Shown piece by piece: positions 27,903-38,196 of a stretch of DNA of 64,000 nucleotides. The DNA is from an uncultured Anaerolineaceae bacterium (GTDB lineage Bacteria; Chloroflexota; Limnocylindria; Limnocylindrales; CSP1-4), in assembly GCA_964650135.1 (NCBI GenBank), contig CAZYTQ010000001.1, positions 1,434-65,433 on the forward strand, in the 5' to 3' direction. The notes beneath the pieces are model-generated. The model worked only from the letters and a program-made list of their open reading frames with translations, searched no databases and was not told where the DNA came from. Position numbers and translations under genes: made by a program. Every line of letters begins with the position of its first letter. Positions within the stretch are counted from its first letter, which is position 1.

Positions 27903-29512
27903 CCTTGGCCGGAAACGGACCGGCCGTGACCGGGGGTGGGCTCGACCCGCTCCCGGTCGCTGCTGCCACGGGCTCGCCCACTGCCGCCGACACTCCGGCG
28001 TCGGCGGTCGTGCCCGCGCTCGCCGCCCTCGACGTCCACCGGGCGTTCGAGGCGGTCCGCGCACTCCGGGGTGTCTCGCTCGCCGTCGCGGCGGGCGAGA
28101 TCCTCGGGCTGGTGGGTGCCAATGGTGCCGGCAAGTCCACGCTCATCCGGATCCTGACCGGCGATCTCGCGCCGGACAGCGGCGAGGTCCGGGTCCGAGG
28201 CGAGGCCGTGCAGCTGTCGAGCGTCCGTGACGCCCAGGCGCTGGGCATCGGGGTGGTCCGCCAGGAGCTCGACCTGGTCCCGGACCTGACGGTCGCGGAG
28301 AACCTGTTCCTGGGTGAGGAGCACCGCTTCCCGCGCAGCGCGTGGCGTCTCGACCGCGCAGCCATGGGCCGTGCCGCGACGCCCCTCCTCGATGCGGTCG
28401 GGCTGCACCTGGACCCGACGGTGCGGGTCGCGTCGCTGTCCATCGGCGATCGCCAGCTCGTGGCTGCCGCCCGCGCGTTGCGCGACGCAGCCACCGTGAT
28501 GCTGCTCGACGAGCCGACCTCGTCGCTGACGCCCTGGGAGACCGATCGTCTGTTCACGACCCTCCGTGCGCTCGCGGCTCGGGGCGTGGCCATCATCTAC
28601 ATCTCGCACCGCCTCGACGAGATCGGCGCGCTGTGCGACCGGGTCACGGTCATCCGCGACGGCGCCAACGTCGGTGACTTCGCCGAGCCGGTCCACCAGC
28701 TGGACGCCATCGTCGCGGCCATGACCCCGGGGATCGGCGAGCCAGGTGAGCGGCGTGCTCGTCGGGACGTAGCCCTGGACGAGCCGGTGATCGAGGCGCG
28801 CGGCCTGCGGGTGGGTCGCCACGGGCCCGCTGACCTGGTGCTCCACCGAGGCGAGATCCTGGGTGTCTTCGGGCTCGTCGGCGCGGGACGCAGCACCATC
28901 GCGCGGGCGCTCACCGGGTCGCTCCGGCCAGATGAGGGCGAGGTCATCGTGCGGGGCCGGGCGGTCCGGATGCGGTCGCCCTGGGACGGCTATCGCGCGG
29001 GGGTCGCGTATCTCGCCGAGGACCGCAAGGCCGAGAGCATCCTGCCGGGCCTCTCGATCCGACTCAACGTGGGTGTGCGGGCGCCCGGTGACACCGCCCA
29101 CGGCGGAATCCTGGACATGGGCCGCCTGCGGGCGTTGGCCCGCAGGACCATCGATCGCCTCGCCATCAAGACACCCTCCGACCAGGCGCTCATCGAGCAG
29201 CTGAGCGGTGGCAACCAGCAGAAGGTCGTGGTCGGTCGACTGCTCGCCGAGCAGCTGGACGTGCTGGTCCTCGACGAGCCGACCCATGGCATCGATGTGA
29301 AGGCGAAGCGAGAGCTGCTGGACCTGCTGCGGGATCTCGCGGCGGAGGGCAAGGGCATCCTGCTCATCAGCTCCGAGCTGGCCGAGCTGGTGTCGGTGGC
29401 CGACCGCATCGTGGTGTTCCGCAACGGACGCGTGGTCGCCGACTTCGATGCCGCCGAGGCGACAGAGACCGGCCTGGTGGGTGCGGCAGCGGGTCGCAGC
29501 CGCGCCGCATGA
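27899..29512 (+). CDS. Sugar ABC transporter ATP-binding protein (two fused NBDs, RbsA/MglA-type)
   Basis: GTGA overlap with the SBP stop. Two Walker A sites (GANGAGKST; second GLVGAGRST) and two signature-like motifs (SIGDRQ; LSGGNQQK). Confidence 0.85.
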   Translation: MTLAGNGPAVTGGGLDPLPVAAATGSPTAADTPASAVVPALAALDVHRAFEAVRALRGVSLAVAAGEILGLVGANGAGKSTLIRILTGDLAPDSGEVRVRGEAVQLSSVRDAQALGIGVVRQELDLVPDLTVAENLFLGEEHRFPRSAWRLDRAAMGRAATPLLDAVGLHLDPTVRVASLSIGDRQLVAAARALRDAATVMLLDEPTSSLTPWETDRLFTTLRALAARGVAIIYISHRLDEIGALCDRVTVIRDGANVGDFAEPVHQLDAIVAAMTPGIGEPGERRARRDVALDEPVIEARGLRVGRHGPADLVLHRGEILGVFGLVGAGRSTIARALTGSLRPDEGEVIVRGRAVRMRSPWDGYRAGVAYLAEDRKAESILPGLSIRLNVGVRAPGDTAHGGILDMGRLRALARRTIDRLAIKTPSDQALIEQLSGGNQQKVVVGRLLAEQLDVLVLDEPTHGIDVKAKRELLDLLRDLAAEGKGILLISSELAELVSVADRIVVFRNGRVVADFDAAEATETGLVGAAAGRSRAA

Positions 29513-30522
29513 GCGAGGGCATGGAGGGCGCGACACCGGAGAGCGCCGTCGCAGAGGGCCCGATGCCGGCGGCTGGCTCGCGCATCGGGGGTGACTTCTG
29601 GGCGCGCTACGGGGTGCTCCTGGCGCTGCTCGTGATGGCCGTCGTGTTCGTGGTCCTGAGCGACCGCTTCCTGACCCAGGACAACCTGGTCAACATCCTG
29701 CGCCAGTCCGCGGTCACCGCCATCGCCGCGGTGGGCGCCACGATGGTGCTCATCGCAGGCGGCATCGACATCAGCCAGGGCGCCGTGATGGCGTTCGCGG
29801 GGCTCGCGGCCGTGATCATCATCGAGCAGATGGGTGGCCCGGACATCGTGGCCATCGTCGTCGCGCTCGCCTTCGCGACGCTGTTCGGCCTCGCCAACGG
29901 TGTCCTTGCGGAGACCATCCGGATCCCGGCGTTCATCGCGACCCTGGGCACGGCCCTGGTCATCCGGGGCGTGGCGTTCGTGTACACGGAGGGTCGATCC
30001 ATCGGCCTGTCGGGCGATGCGGGCGAGCTGCTCAAGTGGCTCGGCCGGGGCTTCATCGGGCCGCTGCCGGTGCCGGTCGTGCTCATGATCGTGCTGTACA
30101 TCGTGGCGGCATGGGTGATGGCGCGGACCACGTGGGGCCTCCACACCTATGCCGTGGGGTCCGCGGAACGGGCCGCCCGCATCGCGGGGGTCCGAGTGTC
30201 GCGGCACCGCATCGAGGTGTACGCGGTGGCGGGCCTGCTGTCGGGTCTCGCGGGCGTGGTCCTCGCCGGACGTCTCGCATCCGCAGCGCCCGGTCTGGCG
30301 ACGGGTGCCGAGTTCGACATCCTGACCGCGGTCGTGCTGGGTGGCACGTCCATCTACGGTGGCCGCGGCAACGTGCTCCGGACGCTGCTCGGCGCGGTGT
30401 TCCTGGCCACCATGACCAACGGCCTCATCCTGCTCAACGTGCCCAGCTTCTACCAGACCATCACGGTGGGCGTGGTGCTCCTCGTGGCGCTCTCGCTCGA
30501 CCGTCTGCGCAGCCGCGGATGA
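29509..30522 (+). CDS. Sugar ABC transporter permease (RbsC-type)
   Basis: ATGA overlap. Multi-TM protein similar to 18765..19901. Confidence 0.85.
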   Translation: MSEGMEGATPESAVAEGPMPAAGSRIGGDFWARYGVLLALLVMAVVFVVLSDRFLTQDNLVNILRQSAVTAIAAVGATMVLIAGGIDISQGAVMAFAGLAAVIIIEQMGGPDIVAIVVALAFATLFGLANGVLAETIRIPAFIATLGTALVIRGVAFVYTEGRSIGLSGDAGELLKWLGRGFIGPLPVPVVLMIVLYIVAAWVMARTTWGLHTYAVGSAERAARIAGVRVSRHRIEVYAVAGLLSGLAGVVLAGRLASAAPGLATGAEFDILTAVVLGGTSIYGGRGNVLRTLLGAVFLATMTNGLILLNVPSFYQTITVGVVLLVALSLDRLRSRG

Positions 30523-31910
30523 GCGACCCGATGACGGGACAGGGAGACCGGCCGGTGGGTCAGCCCTGGGCGATGCTCCAGGACACCTTCGGTGACCCGG
30601 TCATGACCCGGGTGTTCTCGCAGGCCGAGACCATCCGTGCCTGGCTGCGCGTGGAGCGCGAGCTCGCCGTGGCCCAGGCGGGCGTGGGGGTCATCCCGGC
30701 CGAGGCCGCGGCCGCGATCGTGGCGCGCATCGATGGCATGGGCATCCCGGACGGGGCGCTGGCCGCGGGGATCCGCCATGTGGGCTATCCCATCGTGGGT
30801 CTGCTGGGTGCCGTCGGCCGCGACGCACCAGCGGACGTCGCCGCATATCTCCACTGGGGGGCCACGACCCAGGACATCATGGACACGGGCCTGGCGCTGC
30901 AGCTGGCCGCCGCGCTCGACCGGCTCGAGACGCTCGTGCGGACGCTCGGTGACGTGGTCGCGGGGATCGCCCGGGACCATCGCTCGAGCATCATGGCTGC
31001 CCGCACCCATGGCCAGCAGGCCGTGCCCACGACATTCGGCGCCAAGGCGGCGACCTGGCTCGCGGAGATCACCCGACAGCGACAGCGGCTGCGCGAGGCA
31101 CGACCGCGTATCGAGGTCGTGGAGCTGTTCGGGGCCGGTGGCACGACCGCCGCCATGGGCCCCCACGCGGCCATCATCCGGGGCGAGGTCGCCCGGCTCC
31201 TGGGTCTCGCGGACACCGGCGTGCCATGGCACGCCGCGCGCGATGGCGTCGCGGAGGCATGCATGCTCGCAGCGTCGCTCGCGTCCAGCTGTGTGCGCAT
31301 CGCGCGCGAGGTCATCGACCTCGCGCGGACCGAGGTCGGGGAGGTCCACGAGACCCTCAGCCACGGCCGCGGCTCGTCCTCCACGATGCCCCAGAAGGCG
31401 AACCCGATCCTGAGCGAATCGATCGTCGGCATGGGCAGCATCGCGCTCAGCCTGATGCCCGCCGCTCTCACGGCCATGCAGGTGCGGCACGAGCGTGCCG
31501 CCGGCGAGTGGCAGATCGAGTGGGACGTGGTGCCAGGCGTCATGACCATGGCCGCGGGATGCCTCGCGCTGAGCGCCGAGCTGCTGGGTGCCCTGAGCGT
31601 GGACCCGGCGCGCATGCGGGCCAACCTGGAGCTGGACGGCGGGCTGGTGATGGCCGAGGCGCTCATGATGGGCATCGCCCCGGTCGCGGGCCGGGCACGC
31701 GCCCACGAGCTGGTGTACGACCTGTGCGCCCGGGCGCGGGTCGAGGGGCGCTCGCTGCACGACGTGGTCGGGACGGAGCTGCCCGCCGATCTGGCGGCAC
31801 GGCTGCCGGATGCGGCGGCGCTGCTCGATCCGGCGCGTTACCTGGGTGAGACGGAGGCCATCGTGGATGCGGCGCTCGCTGGCTGGGCGCACGCGAGGGA
31901 GGTCGCATGA
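30519..31910 (+). CDS. Fumarate-lyase superfamily protein, PcaB/3-carboxy-cis,cis-muconate cycloisomerase-like (also resembles adenylosuccinate lyase)
   Basis: Signature GSSSTMPQKANP (GSSxMPxKxN). ~463 aa. ATGA overlap with the permease stop. Confidence 0.65.
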   Translation: MSDPMTGQGDRPVGQPWAMLQDTFGDPVMTRVFSQAETIRAWLRVERELAVAQAGVGVIPAEAAAAIVARIDGMGIPDGALAAGIRHVGYPIVGLLGAVGRDAPADVAAYLHWGATTQDIMDTGLALQLAAALDRLETLVRTLGDVVAGIARDHRSSIMAARTHGQQAVPTTFGAKAATWLAEITRQRQRLREARPRIEVVELFGAGGTTAAMGPHAAIIRGEVARLLGLADTGVPWHAARDGVAEACMLAASLASSCVRIAREVIDLARTEVGEVHETLSHGRGSSSTMPQKANPILSESIVGMGSIALSLMPAALTAMQVRHERAAGEWQIEWDVVPGVMTMAAGCLALSAELLGALSVDPARMRANLELDGGLVMAEALMMGIAPVAGRARAHELVYDLCARARVEGRSLHDVVGTELPADLAARLPDAAALLDPARYLGETEAIVDAALAGWAHAREVA

Positions 31911-32896
31911 TCGAGCTGCGGACGGACCGGTTGCTGGTCCGGGTCGACGAGGAGCGTGGCGCGGACATCGTCCATGTCGGGCGGGACCCGCAGCACAACG
32001 CGCTGTTCCACGGGGACTGGCTGGCACCCTTGCGGGCGAGCCGATCGGTGACGTGGGGGGACCCGGTCAACGACTGGATGTCCGAGTACCGCGGAGACTG
32101 GCAGGAGCTGTTCCCCAACGCGGGCGACGCGTGCGAGGTCATGGGCACCCCGCTGCCCTTCCACGGCGAGGTATCCACCGCGCGCTGGGAGGTCGTGGAG
32201 CGCGCCGACGACCGCGTGGTCCTGCGTACCGCGGCGCGCTTGCCGCTCGTGCTCGAGCGCACGATGACCATCGATGCCGATCACGCGGCGCTGCGCATCG
32301 AGGAGCGCGCACTGAACGAGTCCGATCTCCGGGTCCCGTTCATCTGGGGCCACCATCCGGCGTTCGCGGTCACCGAGTCGAGCGTGCTGGACATCCCCGC
32401 GGACCGCATCGAGGCGTCCACGGCCTTCCCGGACGAGGACGGCGACATCGAACCTGGGTCGAGCGGCACCTGGCCCACGCTCCCGGGACGGGACGGCCGA
32501 CCCGTGGACCTGCGACTGCCCGTGCTGCCGCGACGGGTCCACCGACTGGTGTGGCTGCCCGACATGCCATCCGCCTGGGCGGCCATCCGTGACCCGCGCA
32601 GCGGCAGTGGCGTGGCGCTCGCATGGGACCAGGCCACGTTCCCGCACGCGTGGTTGTGGCAGGAGGTGCTGACACCGGGCATGCCCTGGTTCGAGCGCAG
32701 TCGCATCACGGCCATCGAGCCCCACATGTCGTGGCCGTCCGAGGGGCTGGCCGCGGCCATCGAGCGGGGGCAGGCAGGATGGCTGGAGCCGCGTGGCAGC
32801 CACGAGACGTGGATCACCTGCGCGCTGTTCGAGGCGACGGATCGATCGGTCGGCAGCGTCACGCGTGCCGGCGAAGTGAGGGAGGGACAGGCATGA
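31907..32896 (+). CDS. Hypothetical protein, possibly an aldose-1-epimerase (mutarotase)-like fold
   Basis: ATGA-coupled to its neighbours. No motif recognised with confidence. Confidence 0.25.
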   Translation: MIELRTDRLLVRVDEERGADIVHVGRDPQHNALFHGDWLAPLRASRSVTWGDPVNDWMSEYRGDWQELFPNAGDACEVMGTPLPFHGEVSTARWEVVERADDRVVLRTAARLPLVLERTMTIDADHAALRIEERALNESDLRVPFIWGHHPAFAVTESSVLDIPADRIEASTAFPDEDGDIEPGSSGTWPTLPGRDGRPVDLRLPVLPRRVHRLVWLPDMPSAWAAIRDPRSGSGVALAWDQATFPHAWLWQEVLTPGMPWFERSRITAIEPHMSWPSEGLAAAIERGQAGWLEPRGSHETWITCALFEATDRSVGSVTRAGEVREGQA

Positions 32897-33690
32897 CACA
32901 GAGCGTCGTGGTCACGGGCTGTGGCACGGGCCTGGGGCGGGCCATCTTCGAGCGACTCATCGGTGACGGCTGGGCGGTCGTCGGCCTGGAGCTGGACCCG
33001 GTCCGCGCGGCGGACGCCAAGGGCGTGGCCGGAGCGGGTGACGTCGTCATCGGTGACGCGGGCTCACGCGATGACCTGCGCCGGGCGCGCGACCGAGCCG
33101 TGGCCCTCGCACCCCTCGGCGGCTGGGTGAACAACGCGGCCCTGCCGCTGCCAGGCAACCTCCACGACCCGGTCCAGGATGAGGTGGAGCGTCTGTTCCG
33201 GGTGTCGCTCATGGGCTACTACTGGGGCTGCTCGGAGGCGATCCAGCAGTTCGTGGCCCAGCGGAGCGCGGGTGCCATCGTCAACATCTCGTCGATCCAC
33301 GCGCGGGCCGCGTTCACCGGATGGGCGGCATATGACACCGCCAAGGGGGGTATCAACGCGCTCACCCGATACATCGCGGTGGAGTACGGCCCGGTGGGCA
33401 TCCGTGCCAACGCCATCGAACCCGGTGCGATGCGCACGGAGCTGCTCCAGCAGGTCATCGACCGCGATCCGGATCCGGCCCGCATGGAGCGCGACATGGC
33501 AGCGATCCACCCGATGAACCGGGTGGGGGAGGCATCCGAGGTCGGCTCGGTCGCCTCGTTCCTGCTGTCGGCGGACGCCTCGTTCGTGAGCGGCCAGTGC
33601 ATCCCCGTGGATGGTGCCGCGACCGCGCGCTGCTATGTCTACCCGGTGGATCCGACCCTGGTCGAGGCGTACGGTCTCGACACGCCGTGA
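32893..33690 (+). CDS. SDR family oxidoreductase
   Basis: VVTGCGTGLG, NNAA, YDTAKGG. ATGA overlap. Confidence 0.8.
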   Translation: MTQSVVVTGCGTGLGRAIFERLIGDGWAVVGLELDPVRAADAKGVAGAGDVVIGDAGSRDDLRRARDRAVALAPLGGWVNNAALPLPGNLHDPVQDEVERLFRVSLMGYYWGCSEAIQQFVAQRSAGAIVNISSIHARAAFTGWAAYDTAKGGINALTRYIAVEYGPVGIRANAIEPGAMRTELLQQVIDRDPDPARMERDMAAIHPMNRVGEASEVGSVASFLLSADASFVSGQCIPVDGAATARCYVYPVDPTLVEAYGLDTP

Positions 33691-34388
33691 GCGTCGCGGT
33701 CATCACGGGTGTCTCGTCGGGCATCGGCGAGGCGACCGCCCGGCAGCTGCTGGCGGCTGGCTGGCAGGTGCGAGGCTGGGACATCGGAGAGCCGCGGCTC
33801 GAGGGCGTGACCTGGACCCGGGTCGACGTGAGCGATCCGGACTCGGTGGCCGCCGCCGCCGCCGAGGTCGAGGAGGTGGCCCTGCTGGTGAACGCGGCCG
33901 GCATCGCGGACCGGGCGCCCGCTGCCACCATGCGCGTGGAGCAATGGCGACGGGTCATCGATGTGGACCTGTCCGGCACGTTCTACTGCGCCCAGGCACT
34001 CCACGCGGCCCTGAAGGCCGCCCGGGGTGTGGTCGTCAACGTGGCGTCCGTGGCCGGCCATCGGGCGTTCGCGGGGCGCGCCAACTACTGCGCCGCGAAG
34101 GCCGGTGTGGTGATGCTCACCCAGGTGCTGGGCCAGGAGTGGGCCACCGACGGCATCCGGGTCCTTGCCGTGAGCCCTGGGTTCGTGGCGACAGAGATGG
34201 TGGTCGCGGGCATCGAGGGTGGCTGGGTCTCCGAGTCGGCCATCCGGGGCCGCACACCCATGGACCGGCTGGCGGATCCCGACGAGATCGCGCGCTCGAT
34301 CGTCGCGCTCGCGGGCGACACGTTCAGCTACGCCACGGGCGCGGCCATCCTGATCGACGGTGGCTGGACCGCCAACGGCGGCTTCTGA
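33687..34388 (+). CDS. SDR family oxidoreductase
   Basis: ITGVSSGIG, NAAG, YCAAKAG. GTGA overlap. Confidence 0.75.
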   Translation: MSVAVITGVSSGIGEATARQLLAAGWQVRGWDIGEPRLEGVTWTRVDVSDPDSVAAAAAEVEEVALLVNAAGIADRAPAATMRVEQWRRVIDVDLSGTFYCAQALHAALKAARGVVVNVASVAGHRAFAGRANYCAAKAGVVMLTQVLGQEWATDGIRVLAVSPGFVATEMVVAGIEGGWVSESAIRGRTPMDRLADPDEIARSIVALAGDTFSYATGAAILIDGGWTANGGF

Positions 34389-34533
34389 CCGCAGCGACCC
34401 GGGCGCGGGATGACGCCCGGCGGTGCTCCGAAGATACCTCTCGACAAGCGATTGTTCGTGGCGTAGCATCAGGCCGACGCTGGCGGGCGGACGAACGACC
34501 CGGTACCAGCGTGTCAAGGAGAACGCTGACGTC

Positions 34534-35811
34534 GTGACGACCCCTGATCCCGAGCACTCGCCCGGACCGCTGGCTGGCCTCAGGGTCATCGACGCCGCGG
34601 TCCTGTTCGCGGGGCCCGTCATCGGCACCCTGCTCGGGGACTTCGGCGCCGATGTCATCAAGGTCGAGCATCCCCGGGGCGATGCCCTGCGCACGCTTGG
34701 CTGGCAGAAGGACGGGGTCTCGCTGTGGTGGGCGTTCGTCAGTCGCAACAAGCGGTTGGTGTCGATCGACTTCGGGGAGCCCGAGGGCGCCGAGCTGCTC
34801 AAGGAGCTGGTCAAGGACGCGGATGTGCTCATCGAGTCGTTCCGGCCGGGGACGTTCGAGCGCTGGGGCCTGGGTCCGGACGTGCTCCACGCCATCAACC
34901 CCAACCTGGTCATGGTGCGTTGCTCGGGCTACGGCCAGACCGGTCCGTACAGTCCGCGACCGGGCTTTGGCACGGTCGCCGAGTCCATCAGCGGGTACGC
35001 GCACATCAATGGCCAGCCGGATGGTCCGCCGACGCTGCCCCCGTTCGCATTGGGTGATGGTGTCGCGTCGATGTTCGGCACCTTCGCGACCATGTTCGCG
35101 CTGTGGCATCGGACCGTGAACGGTGGGCCCGGGCAGGTCATCGACCTGGCCATCTATGAGCCACTGTTCTGGCTGCTGGGCCCCCAGGCGTTGGTCTACG
35201 ACCAGCTGGGCTACATCCAGAACCGGACGGGCAGCAGCACCGACTGGACCGCACCGCGCAACGCGTTCCAGACGAGCGATGGCAAGTGGCTCGGCCTGTC
35301 GGCCAGCTCCCAGTCCATCGCCGACCGCGTGCTGCGTCTCGTGGGCCATGCCGAGGTCGTGGACGAGCCATGGTTCCAGGACCACGCCGGCCGTGTCGAG
35401 CACCAGGACATGCTCAACCGTTACATCGGCGACTGGATCGCACGTCACACGCTCGCCGAGGTCATGGCGGCCTTCGAGCGCGAGCAGGCCGTGGTCGGGC
35501 CCATCTATGACATCTCGGACATCTTCAAGGACCCTCAGTACATCGCCCGCGACACCATCACCACCGTGGATGACCCGCGGCTCGGGCGCGCCAGGGTCCA
35601 GAACGCCATCCCGCGCCTGACGTTGACACCCGGACGCGTGCGTCATCTGGGTGGCGACCTGGGCCAGGACAACCAGGCGGTGCTGGGCGGGGAGCTCGGT
35701 CACTCGGCCGAGGACCTGGAGCGGCTGCGCGCAGCGGGCATCGTGGGCGGACCACCGTTGACCAGCACGGCCAGCGGCCCGCTGGACGACCGCGCCTCGG
35801 ACGAAGGCTGA
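34534..35811 (+). CDS. CoA-transferase family III (CaiB/BaiF-type) protein
   Basis: GLRVIDAAVLFAGPVIGTLLGDFGADVIKVEHP matches the family III N-terminal motif. GTG start at 34534 (alternative GTG at 34513), AGGAGA upstream. Confidence 0.8.
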   Translation: MTTPDPEHSPGPLAGLRVIDAAVLFAGPVIGTLLGDFGADVIKVEHPRGDALRTLGWQKDGVSLWWAFVSRNKRLVSIDFGEPEGAELLKELVKDADVLIESFRPGTFERWGLGPDVLHAINPNLVMVRCSGYGQTGPYSPRPGFGTVAESISGYAHINGQPDGPPTLPPFALGDGVASMFGTFATMFALWHRTVNGGPGQVIDLAIYEPLFWLLGPQALVYDQLGYIQNRTGSSTDWTAPRNAFQTSDGKWLGLSASSQSIADRVLRLVGHAEVVDEPWFQDHAGRVEHQDMLNRYIGDWIARHTLAEVMAAFEREQAVVGPIYDISDIFKDPQYIARDTITTVDDPRLGRARVQNAIPRLTLTPGRVRHLGGDLGQDNQAVLGGELGHSAEDLERLRAAGIVGGPPLTSTASGPLDDRASDEG

Positions 35812-35910
35812 CAGCCGACGCCGGGGCCGTCCTGTGACCGCGATCAGGGCTCGCATCGGACGCGGAACCCTGCCACCATCTGGAGCCGGCGGGGCCGACA
35901 CCGCGGCGCG

Positions 35911-36957
35911 GTGACCCGGAAGCAGGGAGCGAACGCTGTGGCCAATCTCAAGGATGTCGCACGACGTGCGGGCGTCGATCCATCGACGGCGTCGCGTGTG
36001 CTTCGCAACGACCCCAACCAGCAGGTCAGGCCTGACACCCGGGAGCGGATCCTGGAGGCCGCCCGGGAGTTGAGGTATCGGCCGAATGCACTGGCACGCG
36101 GCCTGCGCACGCGGCGCACCGACACCATCGGCCTGGTCATCCCGAGCCTCGACAACCTTGGCTTCGCGGACGTGACCCATGGCATCCAGTCGGCGGCCGC
36201 GGCGGCCCGTCGGATGGTCATGGTCATCGAGGCCAGCGCGGTCCCTGACGCGATGCAGGATGTCTCCGAACGGCTCATCGCCGATGGTCGCGTGGACGGC
36301 CTCATCGTGGCGTTCGCGTCGGTCGATGACGACCTCGTGTCCCAGCTCGCCGAGCGCGGCATCCCGCTCGTGCTCGTCAATCGGCGCACGAGCCGGGTCC
36401 ACGGATCCGTGGTCGTTGACGACGAGCAGGGCAGTCGCATCGCGGTCGAGCATCTCGTCGGCCTGGGTCATCGTCGCGTCGGCTTCCTGGGCATCGACGC
36501 CGACACGGACACCGCCCGACGCCGTCTGACGGGCTATGGCAGGGCCATGACCGCTGCCGGGATCCCCATCGAGCCGGGCTGGCTCGCGGCGGCCCCGCCG
36601 ACCGAGGACGGCGGGCGAAGGGCCGTGCGGACCGTCATCTCGGCCACCGGCGCCAACCAGCCGACGGCCTACTTCGTGGCGAGCCTCATGAGCGCCATCG
36701 GGGCGCTCGCAGAGCTGCGTGCGAGCGGTCGCCGCGTCCCCGAAGACGTCTCGATCGTTGCGTTCAACGACCACCCGTTCGCGGCCCATACCGCGCCGCC
36801 CTTGACCACGGTCCGGATGCCTGCCGAGCGCATGGGCGAGGAAGCGGTCCGCATGCTGCTCGATGCGATCTCGGGCGTGCCGGCGCATGACCTGATGATC
36901 GAGGACGGCCCGGAGCTCGTGGTCCGTCAGTCCACCGGGGCACCGCCGGCCGTCTGA
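35911..36957 (+). CDS. LacI-family transcriptional regulator (third paralog)
   Basis: HTH NLKDVARRAGVDPSTASRVLRND plus an effector domain. Confidence 0.85.
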   Translation: MTRKQGANAVANLKDVARRAGVDPSTASRVLRNDPNQQVRPDTRERILEAARELRYRPNALARGLRTRRTDTIGLVIPSLDNLGFADVTHGIQSAAAAARRMVMVIEASAVPDAMQDVSERLIADGRVDGLIVAFASVDDDLVSQLAERGIPLVLVNRRTSRVHGSVVVDDEQGSRIAVEHLVGLGHRRVGFLGIDADTDTARRRLTGYGRAMTAAGIPIEPGWLAAAPPTEDGGRRAVRTVISATGANQPTAYFVASLMSAIGALAELRASGRRVPEDVSIVAFNDHPFAAHTAPPLTTVRMPAERMGEEAVRMLLDAISGVPAHDLMIEDGPELVVRQSTGAPPAV

Positions 36958-37042
36958 GCCAACGGTCCGTGGAACGGCGCCCGCTCGGCGCTGGCATGAT
37001 GCTCGGCGCACGGCATGATCCGCCGCGGCTTCGGGGCGTCCG

Positions 37043-38110
37043 TCAGCCGGCGAGGACGCGACGTGGGTTCTCGACCAGTATCCGCTCGATATCGGTCTCT
37101 CCGAGGCCCACCTCGCGCAACCGATGCTGGCTGTCCCGCAGGATGTGCCCGTAGCCGAACCCGCCATATCGCAGCAGCTGGCTCTTCGTGAACACGTCGT
37201 GGGAGAGCAGCAACCGGTCGCCGTGGCCATCGGCGACCAGCTGCGCGACGGCTCGTGCCCGGGTGAGGTCGCTGGGCGTCCAGAACGGCGGCGTGACCGG
37301 CGAACGGGGCGCGAACACCTCCGTGCCCCACGTGTCGTACTCCACGTAGGCGCCGCGAGCGGCGATCGTGCGGTGATACCTGAGGACCTCGTCCTCGGTC
37401 GTGTCCAGGTGGCCGAACGCGATGTCCAGATGGCCCATGATCACCCGGGTCAGGTCCGCCCCTGCTGATTCCAGCACGTCCAGCACATGCAGCCCGGCAC
37501 GTGCCGCGATGTGCACATGGACGCTGATGGCCAGACCGGTCGCGCGCTGGGCACGCGCCGCGGCCCGGAGCACTCGTTCCTCGCGGGGATGCAGCGGGTG
37601 CCAGGTCCCCAGCTCCCCGATCACACCGGGCCGGATGCCGGTGTCCTCGACGCCACCCTCGATCTCCGCGATGAGTCGATCGGCGATCGACCCCACGGGC
37701 TCGTGCTCCAGGCTGGCCGGATGGACCGGGTGGATGTAGTGGCCCGAGCCCATCACGATGGTCAGGCCCGTGCGCTCGGCGATCTCACGCAGGACCAGGG
37801 GGTCCCGGTGGGCATCCGGGGGAGTCGTGTCCACGATCGTGCCGCCGCCCAGCGCCCCGAACGTGGCCACTTCCTCCACCGCGACCGCCACATCGTCGAG
37901 CAGCAGGTTGTCGCGGACCGCGAACAGGTTCCGGCGCAGCAGATGGAGCGAGCCCATGCCCACGGACGCTTCGCCCATCCGTGCCAGCACCGGATCGTCC
38001 GATGCCACGTAGTAGTGCCGGCTGTCGCTCATCAGATGCTCGTGGGTCAGCACGACCCCCAGTCGATCCCCGGGGACCGGTCCAGTGACGCTCATGACGG
38101 CGTCCGACAT
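37043..38110 (-). CDS. Phosphotriesterase-family (PTE-like lactonase) protein
   Basis: GVVLTHEHLMSD HxH motif. ~355 aa. Start at MSDAVMSV (alternative Met 15 nt downstream). Confidence 0.8.
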   Translation of the reverse strand: MSDAVMSVTGPVPGDRLGVVLTHEHLMSDSRHYYVASDDPVLARMGEASVGMGSLHLLRRNLFAVRDNLLLDDVAVAVEEVATFGALGGGTIVDTTPPDAHRDPLVLREIAERTGLTIVMGSGHYIHPVHPASLEHEPVGSIADRLIAEIEGGVEDTGIRPGVIGELGTWHPLHPREERVLRAAARAQRATGLAISVHVHIAARAGLHVLDVLESAGADLTRVIMGHLDIAFGHLDTTEDEVLRYHRTIAARGAYVEYDTWGTEVFAPRSPVTPPFWTPSDLTRARAVAQLVADGHGDRLLLSHDVFTKSQLLRYGGFGYGHILRDSQHRLREVGLGETDIERILVENPRRVLAG

Positions 38111-38196
38111 GATCACCTCCCGCTCCGCGGCCTCGCGTCGATGTGTCCCGACGATCGATTCGCTGACACCGGGCGACCCCATCGCGCCACCGTGGG

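Noticed and set aside
26070-29536. Long minus-strand ORFs (26070..28064 and 27872..29536)
   Set aside because: Antisense to the LacI, SBP and two-NBD ATPase genes. The Walker and signature motifs are on the plus strand only.
34401-34427. CCGGGCG-(8 nt)-CGCCCGG hairpin after the SDR gene as a rho-independent terminator
   Set aside because: No U-rich tract follows and the stem is only 7 bp. It may still be a weak terminator in a high-GC organism but is not strong enough to annotate.
34324-37230. 968-aa minus-strand ORF
   Set aside because: Antisense to the CoA-transferase and LacI genes, which have clear family motifs. Shadow ORF.
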